From Verrucomicrobiota bacterium (GTDB taxonomy: Bacteria; Verrucomicrobiota; Verrucomicrobiia; Palsa-1439): a DNA stretch of 64,000 bases. The notes under the pieces are model-generated. The model saw nothing but the letters and a program-made list of their open reading frames with translations, did no database searches and was not told the DNA's origin. This document shows positions 38,725-47,493 of this stretch, one piece after another (the first letter of the stretch is position 1; every line of letters begins with the position of its first letter). Made by a program: the position numbers and the translations under genes. The stretch spans positions 37,951 through 101,950 of the forward strand of contig PLTX01000103.1 in assembly GCA_003164675.1 (NCBI GenBank), given 5' to 3'.

Positions 38725-39765
38725 ATGTTCTACAAGGCGTTGATGCGTCCTTGGCTCTTTCAGACCGACCCCGAAGCGGCCCACGAGCGCGCGTTGACTC
38801 TGGCCGCGTCGCTCGGACGCTGCCGTATTACGCGGGACGCGGTCGAGACGGCGTTCGCATTCGAGGACCGACGGTTGCGCCAGACCGTGTTCGGAATCGA
38901 GTTTCCCAATCCCGTTGGATTGGCGGCGGGTTACGACAAGAACGCAATTGGATTGGAATTGTGGCCGGCGCTCGGGTTCGGTTTTGCGGAGATCGGCAGC
39001 GTGACCTTGTGCTCGCAACCGGGGACCAAGCCGCCGCGGATCTTCCGGCAGGTCGGTCAGCGCTCGCTCATCAATTGCATGGGCTTCCATAACGACGGCG
39101 CTGAGGCGATTGCGGCTCGTATCCCGCCGCAACCGCACCTCATTCCGGTCGGCGTCAATGTTGGCAAGAACAATGACGTGGATCTGGCGCATGCCGGAGA
39201 GAATTACGCGGCCACCATCGACAAATTCCGCGACCGTGCGGATTTCTTCGTCATCAACGTCAGTTCGCCCAGCACGCCCGGGTTGCGGAAACTTCAGGAC
39301 AAAGAGATGTTGGATGAGTTGTTGGGCCGGGTTGCCGGTCTGCGGACCACCGCGCCGGTCCTTTTGAAAATCGCTCCGGATTTGACGTTCGACCAAATCG
39401 ATGATGCGGTCGGCCTGGTCGAGCGACATAAGCTTGCCGGAGTTGTCGCCACGAACACGACGCTCGATCATTCGACACCGACTTGGGGCGGTTTGAGCGG
39501 CGCGCCGTTGCGGGCGCGGGCGACCGAGTGCGTGCGTCACATCCGACGGCAAACCAGGGGACGTTTGCCCATCGTCGGCGTGGGCGGCATTTTCACCGCC
39601 GAAGATGCGTACGAAAAAATCCGCGCGGGCGCGTGCCTCGTCGAAGTGTGGACAGGCATGATCTATGAAGGGCCGTTCATTGTACATAACATCAATCATG
39701 GACTCCTGCGATTGCTTGCGCGCGACGGATTTGGCAGCATGGCCGACGCGGTAGGAACAGAATGA
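38725..39765 (+). CDS. pyrD: dihydroorotate dehydrogenase (quinone), class 2
   Basis: MFYKALMRPWLFQTDPEAAHE..., GFAEIGSVT, NVSSPSTPGLR, GVGGIFTAEDAYEKIRAGA. Confidence 0.92.
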   Translation: MFYKALMRPWLFQTDPEAAHERALTLAASLGRCRITRDAVETAFAFEDRRLRQTVFGIEFPNPVGLAAGYDKNAIGLELWPALGFGFAEIGSVTLCSQPGTKPPRIFRQVGQRSLINCMGFHNDGAEAIAARIPPQPHLIPVGVNVGKNNDVDLAHAGENYAATIDKFRDRADFFVINVSSPSTPGLRKLQDKEMLDELLGRVAGLRTTAPVLLKIAPDLTFDQIDDAVGLVERHKLAGVVATNTTLDHSTPTWGGLSGAPLRARATECVRHIRRQTRGRLPIVGVGGIFTAEDAYEKIRAGACLVEVWTGMIYEGPFIVHNINHGLLRLLARDGFGSMADAVGTE

Positions 39766-41537
39766 ACGAGACGCCCAAACTTTGGCCGCAGGCATGGTCG
39801 CTGATCCGGGGACAGCAACGCCCCGCGCTGGCCGGCCTGGCGCTGACCGTTCTCAGCATCGCGGCGAGCCTGTTGCAGCCGTGGCCGTTGAAAATTATCG
39901 TGGATAGCGTCCTCGGCGCCGTGCCGATGCCGGCGTGGCTTGGCTCGTTCGCCGACGACAAGGCGGCGGCCTTGTTGGTCGTTTGCCTCGCGCTCTTGGT
40001 AATTCACGTGGTCCGCGGTGGCCTGAGCGCATGGGGCACGACGTATCTCGTGCGGGCGGGCCTGCGCATGACGCAGGAATTGCGTTATCGCGTGTATGAG
40101 CATTTGCAGAAATTGAGTCTCGTGTTTCACGACAGCCGCGCGGTGGGCGATTCGATCTACCGGGTGACGTGGGATACCTACTCGATTCAAACAATCTTCA
40201 ACGGCGGCTTCATGCCGCTCGTGTCTTCGGCGGCGACGCTGCTGGGGATGGTCATCATCATGCTGCGCTTCGACGTCGTGCTGACACTGCTCGCGCTGGC
40301 GGTCGCGCCCGCGCTGGCATTGACCATCAAGCACTACAACCGGCTGATCGCAGATGTCTCGATGCAGTACCACACGCACGAGAGCAAGGTCAGCGCGATG
40401 ATTCAGGAATCGCTCTCGTCGATCCGCACCATCCAGGCATTCGCGCGCGAAGAAGACGAAGTTCGCCGCTTCGGGGAAGGCGCGGCGCAAAGCGTGGACG
40501 CGAACGTCCACATGACGAAAGTGCAGGTGGTGTCCTCGTTTGTCGTCGGTCTGATTACGGCCGTCGGCACCGTGGCGATGATCTGGATCGGCGGCCGGCG
40601 CGTGCTGGAAGGCCGGCTCAGCATCGGCGAGCTGCTCGTGTTCATCACCTACGTCGGCATGCTGTACGGCCCGATGAGCACCATCAGCGGAATCGCCACC
40701 GCGATCCAGGGAGCGCTGACCCCGTTCCGCCGGGTCATCGAGATTCTCGAAACGAACCCGACGATCCACGATGCGCCCAACGCCCGCGCCCTGGAACGAT
40801 CCACCGGCGTCGTGCGATTCGAGAACGTCTGGTTCGGCTATGACCCGAACCGGCCCGTCCTCAAGGGCATCGACTTCGAGGGGCAACCGGGCCAGATGGT
40901 GGCGCTGGTCGGGCCCAGCGGCGTCGGGAAATCCACGCTCCTGAGCTTGTTGCTCCGGTTCTACGATCCCCAGAAGGGACGCGTGCTCCTCGACGGCCAT
41001 GACGTCCGCGAATTTCAATATCGCTCGGTCCGCCGCCAGATCGCCGTCGTCCCGCAGGAGCCCGTGCTGTTCTCGACCACCGTCCGCGACAACATCGCCT
41101 ATGGCCGGCCCGACGCCTCGCTGAATGAGATCGTCGAAGCGGCCCGCGAGGCCGAGGCCGACGATTTCATCCGCGCGATGCCACAAGGCTACGACTCGCC
41201 CATCGGCGAACGCGGCGTGACGCTCTCGGGCGGTCAACGGCAACGTCTCGCGCTCGCGCGCGCCTTCCTGAAAAACTCGCCGATCCTCATCCTCGACGAA
41301 CCGACCACCGCGCTCGACGCCGAAACGGAAGCCGCGGTGCTGCGCTCCCTCGACCGCTTGCGCAAAGGACGCACTGTGTTTGTTGTGGCTCATCGGATGT
41401 CGACCGTCCGTCAGGCGGACCTGCTGCTCGTCATGCACGACGGCCAAATCGTCGAGCGCGGACGCCACGACGAGCTGGTCGCGCGCGGCGGGCATTACGC
41501 CCGCGTGTGCGAACTCCAATTCACGGGCCCGGCGTGA
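39762..41537 (+). CDS. ABC exporter, fused permease-ATPase (MsbA-like)
   Basis: Six-helix TMD followed by an NBD with GPSGVGKST, LSGGQRQRLALARA and ILILDEPTTALD. Confidence 0.92.
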   Translation: MNETPKLWPQAWSLIRGQQRPALAGLALTVLSIAASLLQPWPLKIIVDSVLGAVPMPAWLGSFADDKAAALLVVCLALLVIHVVRGGLSAWGTTYLVRAGLRMTQELRYRVYEHLQKLSLVFHDSRAVGDSIYRVTWDTYSIQTIFNGGFMPLVSSAATLLGMVIIMLRFDVVLTLLALAVAPALALTIKHYNRLIADVSMQYHTHESKVSAMIQESLSSIRTIQAFAREEDEVRRFGEGAAQSVDANVHMTKVQVVSSFVVGLITAVGTVAMIWIGGRRVLEGRLSIGELLVFITYVGMLYGPMSTISGIATAIQGALTPFRRVIEILETNPTIHDAPNARALERSTGVVRFENVWFGYDPNRPVLKGIDFEGQPGQMVALVGPSGVGKSTLLSLLLRFYDPQKGRVLLDGHDVREFQYRSVRRQIAVVPQEPVLFSTTVRDNIAYGRPDASLNEIVEAAREAEADDFIRAMPQGYDSPIGERGVTLSGGQRQRLALARAFLKNSPILILDEPTTALDAETEAAVLRSLDRLRKGRTVFVVAHRMSTVRQADLLLVMHDGQIVERGRHDELVARGGHYARVCELQFTGPA

Positions 41538-41546
41538 TGGCGACCC

Positions 41547-41711
41547 ATGGATAAGATCATCGTCACCAGCGCGTAGGGCGCGGGCTATCCCGAGGGCGGC
41601 GGCGTGCAATGGCTCAATCTCCATTACCTCGCCGGCCTCCGCGCGCTCGGCTTCGAAGTCTTCTGGCTCGATGTCCTCCCCTCCCGGGAAACACGCGCCT
41701 CCGTGCTCTAA
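41547..41711 (+). pseudogene. N-terminal remnant of a Rossmann-type (glycosyltransferase-like) gene
   Basis: MDKIIVTSA*GAGYPEGGGVQWLNLHYLAGLRALGFEVFWLDVL... with an in-frame TAG at 41574-41576. The reading frame ends at 41711, with no continuation anywhere downstream. Confidence 0.35.
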
Positions 41712-41808
41712 GTGGAGGGCCACGCGGAGCTTGCACTGAGCAATGTCGAAGTGTCGTGGCCGCTTCCGCGTCGTTTTAGGTCGTTTCCCCTCTCCCGGCA
41801 TGCCTCAC

Positions 41809-41940
41809 ACCCCCCAAACGAAGCCATTTTTAGCAAAACGAAGCCAAGTGACAAAATGGCACAGTTGGCCTCCCAACCATCTATCAGCCAATGAGATATA
41901 AAACAACAAGCACCTCAAAAAATTGGCTTCGTTTGGCAGA
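41809..41940 (+). repeat. about 135-bp noncoding element, copy B
   Basis: CCCCAAACGAAGCCATTTTTAGCAAAACGAAGCCAAGTGACA...TTGGCTTCGTTTGGC. Same half-site architecture and internal blocks (TGGC-CA-TTGGC...CAACCA...CAGCCA...ACAAGC) as 9225-9358 on the opposite strand. Confidence 0.55.
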
Positions 41941-42334
41941 ATTACATATATGGCGGGGTCTCCCCCTTTCGCCATCGGCGCTTGCCAGCCTCAGGCGTGA
42001 CTCCACGCTTCACACTGAACGCTCCACGCCTGCCGTCTCGCGCTGGCTCTCCACCGAGGCACTTGGGTACTCATGCACTTTGGCACCAATCTCCCCCATG
42101 CCCCCCTTCTCCCCTATATCAAAGAGCCATACAACCACCCCGACCATACACAATCGCATGTCGTTTGTCTAGACATTTTTCAATGGCGGATTGCCCATTG
42201 CGTCGGACGGCTCTGGCGGCGCCCACGACGGCGACACAATCGCTGTGCCGCCCGGGGGCAACCACGGAACCGTCACGAGTCAAGACGGACTCAGGAAGGC
42301 CAATAGCGCACCGACAAGACAGGTACTTCACTTC

Positions 42335-42377
42335 TGACGTACGTTCCTGTTGACATACGTCAAATTGTGCGTATTAT
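42335..42377 (+). promoter_or_regulatory. sigma70-type promoter overlapped by an inverted repeat (putative operator)
   Basis: TTGACA (42350-42355), 16-nt spacer, TATTAT (42372-42377). TGACGTA (42335-42341) and TACGTCA (42356-42362) bracket the -35 box. The ATG at 42385 is only 8 nt past the -10. Confidence 0.5.
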
Positions 42378-42384
42378 TCCCCGC

Positions 42385-43554
42385 ATGAAGGCAAATCCTG
42401 GTGGGCAACTGGCCCCGGACGAAGTTTTTGGGCGCGATGAACTGATTGATCGGTTGTGGCGTATCCTCGACCGTCAAAGCATCGTTCTTGGCGCTGAGCG
42501 ACGAATGGGGAAAACGCAGGTCATCAAGAAAATGGAGGCGGAGGCTCCAGCGAGCAAACTCCCAATCTACCACGACTTGGAGGGGGTGCGATCGCCAGTC
42601 GAATTTGTTGAGCTGATTTTCCACGACGTCGAAAAATACCTCAGCCGTTGGAATCGCACCGCCGAACGCGCCCGATTGCTGCTCACGCACCTCGCGGGAG
42701 GAGAAGTGGCTGGCGTGAAGTTCCCAGACACAGTGGCGCCACACTGGAAAACCCTCCTCTCACAGACGATCGAGGATCTCGTTTCACAACAGAGTGAACT
42801 GCAAGTCGTGTTCTTGTGGGACGAATTACCACTGATGTTACACAACATTCGCGTCGCGCACGGGGAAGGCGTCGCCATGGAATTGCTCGACACGTTGCGA
42901 GCGCTTCGCCAGTCACACCCCAGCCTCCGAATGGTCTTCACCGGTTCCATCGGTCTGCATCACGTGCTGACGGCGCTGCGCAAGGCCGGGTACATCAATC
43001 CCTCGACCAACGACATGTTTGCGGTTGAAGTGCTCCCGTTAGAGCACTCCGACGCCGAAGATCTGGCGAAGAACTTGTTGAACGGTGAAGGAATTCAGTG
43101 CAACGAAATCGCCGCTGTGGCAAAAGCCATCTCAACCGAGTCGAATTGCGTCCCCTTTTTCATTCACCACCTTGTAGAGGAACTTGCCGCCGGTCACCTC
43201 CGGGGCACGCCCGAGCTTATTATCAAGATCACAGATGAGCGGTTGCGTGACCCACAGGACGTGTGGCATCTGCGCTACTTTGTGGATCGGGTTGAACGGT
43301 ATTACCCCGCTGGCGACGCGAAATTAGCACGCGCAATTCTTGACGTGCTAGCCGGGGAACCCGCGGGGCTCCCGTTCGACAATCTATTCAGTCGGGTCAA
43401 AACCCATGTCACGACGGAAGACGCCGACGCCGTTCGTGACATGCTCACGCTTCTCCAGAGGGATCATTATCTTGTTCAAAAGGCAAACGGCCGGTTCGTG
43501 TTCCGGCTCCCCTTGGTGCGGAAGGCATGGAGAATCCACCGAGCCCTCATATGA
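42385..43554 (+). CDS. STAND/ORC-like P-loop NTPase with C-terminal winged-helix (Arch_ATPase-like)
   Basis: FGRDELIDRL, Walker A GAERRMGKTQ, Walker B VVFLWDELP, MVFTGS, helical and wHTH-like tail. The track start GTG at 42367 lies inside the -10 box, so the ATG at 42385 is preferred. Confidence 0.75.
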   Translation: MKANPGGQLAPDEVFGRDELIDRLWRILDRQSIVLGAERRMGKTQVIKKMEAEAPASKLPIYHDLEGVRSPVEFVELIFHDVEKYLSRWNRTAERARLLLTHLAGGEVAGVKFPDTVAPHWKTLLSQTIEDLVSQQSELQVVFLWDELPLMLHNIRVAHGEGVAMELLDTLRALRQSHPSLRMVFTGSIGLHHVLTALRKAGYINPSTNDMFAVEVLPLEHSDAEDLAKNLLNGEGIQCNEIAAVAKAISTESNCVPFFIHHLVEELAAGHLRGTPELIIKITDERLRDPQDVWHLRYFVDRVERYYPAGDAKLARAILDVLAGEPAGLPFDNLFSRVKTHVTTEDADAVRDMLTLLQRDHYLVQKANGRFVFRLPLVRKAWRIHRALI

Positions 43555-45935
43555 AATCGCCATTGATCGCGCGCTTTACGCCGAGCCTTATGGCTCCGGC
43601 TGACCTCGAGGCAATCTTTGTCCAGCGGGAGAATCTCGCGCAGCGTCTCGTCGAACAAATCCGCGAGAGCGTGCTGACGCCGGCGAAACACCATAATCTC
43701 CTTATCGGGCCTCGCGGCATTGGCAAGTCACATTTGACCACCTTGGTGGTGAATCGCGTTGTTGCACAAGCGGACATTCGCGAACGCATGATCGTCGCCT
43801 GGCTGCGCGAGGAGGAGTGGGGTGTGATGTCCTTCCTTGATTTGCTGCTGCGCATCTTGCGCGCTGTCAGCGAAGAGTCTGGTGTGTCCATTCCGCAGGA
43901 GCGTCTTGACGCCATTCATGATGCTCCCCCCTCGCAGGCTGAGAAACTCGCCGTGCGATTGGCGCGGGACGTGATCGCCGACAAGACCTTGTTCATCATT
44001 ATTGAAAATCTTGACGAGATCTTTAACGGCCTCGCGCTCCGTGAGCAACGGGCTTTTCGCGCCTTCTTACAGGAGAAAGCCAGTGTCACCACACTCGCCA
44101 CGTCACCGGGCCTCTTCGTCGGCGCATCGGTTCAAACCTCGCCGTTTTACGGCTTTTTCAACGTGCATCACCTGTCGGAACTCAGCTTCGAGGACGCGGT
44201 TCTGCTGCTGGAAAAAATTGCCACCAGTCGGGGTCAGCTCGACCTTGCACAATTTCTCCGCACGCCCGCGGGCCGCGCCCGCGTACGCGCCATCGACCAC
44301 CTTGCCCACGGCAACCCACGGGTGTATATCATTCTGTCAGAGTTTCTCACCGTGCAGTCGCTCGACGACCTTGTCGACCCCGTGTTGCGGATGCTCGACG
44401 ACCTGACCCCGTACTACCAATCGCGCATTTTGTCGCTCTCGATGCAACAGCGCAAAATCATCGAATTCCTCGCCGACCATCGCAGCCCGGCTGTGGTAAA
44501 GGAAATTGCGCGACGCTGTTTCATGACGCAGCAAACCGCTTCTGGCCAACTCAAGAAGCTATCCGAATGGGGTTACGTCGTTTCAGAGAAGCTCGGACGC
44601 GAAAGCTACTATGAACTCCGTGAACCGCTGATGCGGTTCTGCATGGACTTGAAAAAGCAGCGAAAGGAGCCCTTGCGTCCACTGGTGGAAATCCTGCGCA
44701 TCTGGTGGACCCCGGACCAGCTTGAAGAGCAGTTGACGAAGTTGCCGATCGACACCTCGATCACTAGGAAACATCTTGCGGAAGCACTGGCGCGATGTCG
44801 AAAGGAAACTACTGATCCGCGAATCGAGGCCTGCCAGAAGGCATTTAACCTGCACCTTGATCAAGGGGAGTGGGATGCGGCACTTAAGGCAGCCGAGGAC
44901 ATGGTGGCCATTACCGGAGATGAGGCAAATCTTACGGGTGTCGGCATCTGTCTGTTCTACCTCGACCGATACCAAGAGGCTGCGGTTGCGTTGGACCGCG
45001 CATTGCCAAAGACACCGGACATTCAGCGAATCAGGATTCTGCGGGCGGCCTGCGCATCGGAGCTAAAGGACTACGGACAGGTGGTGCAGCTAACTGAGGA
45101 TTTTGCGAACGCAAGAGAGATGAAGTCGGCGGCATTGATACTGCGCGGCAAGGCGTTGCTAGAGCTTGGGCGCCCCGTCCAAGCCTTGGGCGCCCTCTCC
45201 AGATTTTTGAAGCTAAAGCCGGAGCATACGGCGGGTTGGCGACTAGTAACAAGAGCATTAATGGAGTTGGACAAGCTACCAGAAATGGAGGGAGCGGCAC
45301 GGAAGCTCGTAGAGCTGAGACCAGACGATGCGGCAGCACTATTGTATTTGGGCGTTTCTCTATTTCGACAATCTAAGGACGAGGAAGCACTTCCGATCTT
45401 GCTCCGTGCACACGAGTTGGAAGATCCCACGGGTATATCGCTATCTCTTCGATCAGTCATTTTCGCAAGGCTTGGACGGTGGTCAGATGCTCTGGCTGAA
45501 CTCGGGCGTGCACTGGAAGCTAAATCTTCCGTACATCTAGATCGCTTATGGACTCTTACTCAGATTCTCACGCCGGTACTCGTGGGACTAGATCATGCCG
45601 GTTTTCAGAGCTTCCTTGCAGATGTAAATCAGTTGCTTCAGAAGCATGGGGCTCCCCAGTTTACAATGGGGCAATTTCTCCTGCAGACCATCGCGTCCGC
45701 TAGCCAGGGTAAGACAGAGATTCCGGCCTCTAAAACCGATGCGTTCGACGCCGCTCTTAACAATCTTGCGAAAGAGAAAGGCGACGATGTGGTCATCCAC
45801 TTGCTGTACGCCATACGGGAATTCACTTCGACTGGAGATAGGGCAGCCCTCTTGCAGTTGCCCTTGGAGGAGCGGCAACTCGTGGAACCTTGGCTGCGGT
45901 CAAGCGAGCAAAAGGACCGATCCGCAAAGAAGTGA
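43551..45935 (+). CDS. STAND-like P-loop NTPase with wHTH and C-terminal TPR array
   Basis: Walker A GPRGIGKSH, Walker B LFIIIENLDE, TLATSPG. wHTH QQRKIIEFLADHRSPAVVKEIARRCFMTQQTASGQLKKLSEWGYVV. About 400 aa of TPR-like repeats. ATGA overlap with the upstream gene. Confidence 0.78.
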   Translation: MKSPLIARFTPSLMAPADLEAIFVQRENLAQRLVEQIRESVLTPAKHHNLLIGPRGIGKSHLTTLVVNRVVAQADIRERMIVAWLREEEWGVMSFLDLLLRILRAVSEESGVSIPQERLDAIHDAPPSQAEKLAVRLARDVIADKTLFIIIENLDEIFNGLALREQRAFRAFLQEKASVTTLATSPGLFVGASVQTSPFYGFFNVHHLSELSFEDAVLLLEKIATSRGQLDLAQFLRTPAGRARVRAIDHLAHGNPRVYIILSEFLTVQSLDDLVDPVLRMLDDLTPYYQSRILSLSMQQRKIIEFLADHRSPAVVKEIARRCFMTQQTASGQLKKLSEWGYVVSEKLGRESYYELREPLMRFCMDLKKQRKEPLRPLVEILRIWWTPDQLEEQLTKLPIDTSITRKHLAEALARCRKETTDPRIEACQKAFNLHLDQGEWDAALKAAEDMVAITGDEANLTGVGICLFYLDRYQEAAVALDRALPKTPDIQRIRILRAACASELKDYGQVVQLTEDFANAREMKSAALILRGKALLELGRPVQALGALSRFLKLKPEHTAGWRLVTRALMELDKLPEMEGAARKLVELRPDDAAALLYLGVSLFRQSKDEEALPILLRAHELEDPTGISLSLRSVIFARLGRWSDALAELGRALEAKSSVHLDRLWTLTQILTPVLVGLDHAGFQSFLADVNQLLQKHGAPQFTMGQFLLQTIASASQGKTEIPASKTDAFDAALNNLAKEKGDDVVIHLLYAIREFTSTGDRAALLQLPLEERQLVEPWLRSSEQKDRSAKK

Positions 45936-46081
45936 TCAGCTCGAATTGTCGTTAGCATTGTCGCATTGAACCGGGGCTTCCATCGTTGCGCCCAACTAGA
46001 GCTGAAGCAACCGCACCATCCGCCTGACTTCCCGCATCATGCCCGCCACGTGCCAGCCCAAATGCCGATCCCGCCGTAGGG

Positions 46082-46885
46082 TCATCTGCCCGCATCCCCC
46101 TCCGGCTTGCTCCCGAACTGGAACAAACTGTTATCAAACGTGAATTGGTAGGCAACGTAGCATTGGAAGATCGTCGGACCGTCAATCGACCGGCCGGCGG
46201 ACACCAGCAAATGATGCTGGTCGCTGAAATCGATGACCGTGCCGATATTGAACGCGGTGCCGACGTTGGGAAAGTCCACTTGCAACTGCGTTTGGTGATA
46301 CACCTCCGCGCCGATGAGTACATTGGTCAACACCTGTTTTTGCAGCACGCCGCCCACAAATTCCCAGTTCCTGTGGCCCGCAAAGGAATTGATGCCGTAG
46401 CCGCCGCCGCCATACGCCGTCCAGTCACCCCAACTCTTTTGCAGCCACACCGGCAGGAACCCCTGTAGATGCCCCGTGCCGAGATTCTCCCGGCTGCTGC
46501 CCGAGGGAACTTCCAGCAGCGGGAACACACCCACTTGCGGCACCCAATTCGTTTCCTCGATGAAGCGGAATTTCACGCCCAGTTCCGTGTCGCCATAACC
46601 GTAATGGGCGCTGCCGACGGACGGCGCGTCGTACGCCAGTGGCGCAATCAGATGAAGCTGCATGTTGGAAATGACGCCGTAATTCAGTTCGAAATGTGGC
46701 CCGGTGCCGGACCAGTCGCCCGGCACCTTGGCGTCCTGGGAGGCAACATAAAATTCCCAATGTTGATAATCCACCGGTTCGGGGTCGTCGGTGAAGAATG
46801 GCGGCCCGCCATAAGCGCTTCCGGCGAGGGTCATGCCGAGCGCTGTCAATTCAATAGCAGATGCTAGGCGTCGTATCGTTCCCAT
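46082..46885 (-). CDS. outer-membrane beta-barrel protein (MetA-pathway/transporter-like family)
   Basis: Signal peptide, then GPPFFTDDPEPVDYQHWEFY and alternating beta-strand pattern typical of this barrel family, as recalled. Confidence 0.65.
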   Translation of the reverse strand: MGTIRRLASAIELTALGMTLAGSAYGGPPFFTDDPEPVDYQHWEFYVASQDAKVPGDWSGTGPHFELNYGVISNMQLHLIAPLAYDAPSVGSAHYGYGDTELGVKFRFIEETNWVPQVGVFPLLEVPSGSSRENLGTGHLQGFLPVWLQKSWGDWTAYGGGGYGINSFAGHRNWEFVGGVLQKQVLTNVLIGAEVYHQTQLQVDFPNVGTAFNIGTVIDFSDQHHLLVSAGRSIDGPTIFQCYVAYQFTFDNSLFQFGSKPEGDAGR

Positions 46886-46975
46886 GATGAGTGTGTTCTG
46901 AATTCCGTGTAGGACGAAATCTCGTCAATCGTCGATCAAATAGAACCCAACAATGATGACGCCACCCGTCACCAG

Positions 46976-47452
46976 TCACGCCGTCGGCGTCGAGGCCGGA
47001 CCGGTATGGCCGCGTTTCCATTTCCGCGCCACCGACCGCACGACGATGTAGCTGACCACGGCGACTGGCAGACCAATGAGCGCTCCCCCGATGAACGTGG
47101 CGGCAAACACGTCCCAGCCCATGTGAAATACCTCTCCGAGATGCGCACGATCGAATGCCGCCGCTTTCTCGACTGCATGAATGTGTCTGCCAAGACGGTA
47201 CTCGGCGACCCACAGAAACGGCACCAAGGGGAAATAGAGGAAGCTAATGCTCTTACCGACGAACGCAGCCACGACGTTTTGGCGGAACAACCAGGCCGCC
47301 GCCATCGCCACCACTGTCCGCAGTGGAATGATCGGCAGAAAACTCACGAAGACGCCCAGCGCGAACCCCGCCGCGATTTCGTGGGGGCTGGCATGAATGC
47401 GCGCAAGCTTGTTCCAAACCTCACGGATTCGTCGTTTCAAGGCCGCAAGCAC
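46976..47452 (-). CDS. DUF2062-family membrane protein
   Basis: SPHEIAAGFALGVFVSFLPIIPLRTVVAMAAAWLFRQN matches the DUF2062 core as recalled. Confidence 0.65.
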   Translation of the reverse strand: MLAALKRRIREVWNKLARIHASPHEIAAGFALGVFVSFLPIIPLRTVVAMAAAWLFRQNVVAAFVGKSISFLYFPLVPFLWVAEYRLGRHIHAVEKAAAFDRAHLGEVFHMGWDVFAATFIGGALIGLPVAVVSYIVVRSVARKWKRGHTGPASTPTA

Positions 47453-47493
47453 CGCGCTCAGCCTACCACAGTCGGTGCCGCAGTAAAGCCTCC

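Noticed and set aside
39696-41801. Very long antisense ORFs. Examples: 39696..41801 (701 aa), 33032..34624, 34815..36425, 38668..39795, 48694..50244, 55833..57098, 16384..17394, 21106..22005, 62071..63027, 19573..20262, 23792..24607 and 9439..10215.
   Set aside because: Each lies opposite a gene with clear family motifs. Their translations are Arg/Gly/Ala/Pro/His-rich low-complexity strings, typical of shadow ORFs in GC-rich DNA.
42173-42335. Short frame encoding ...DGSGGAHDGDTIAVPPGGNHGTVTSQDG..., reminiscent of beta-helix or pectate-lyase-like N-termini.
   Set aside because: It has no start codon, spans only about 50 codons and has no continuation. It is treated as a possible gene fragment, not a feature.
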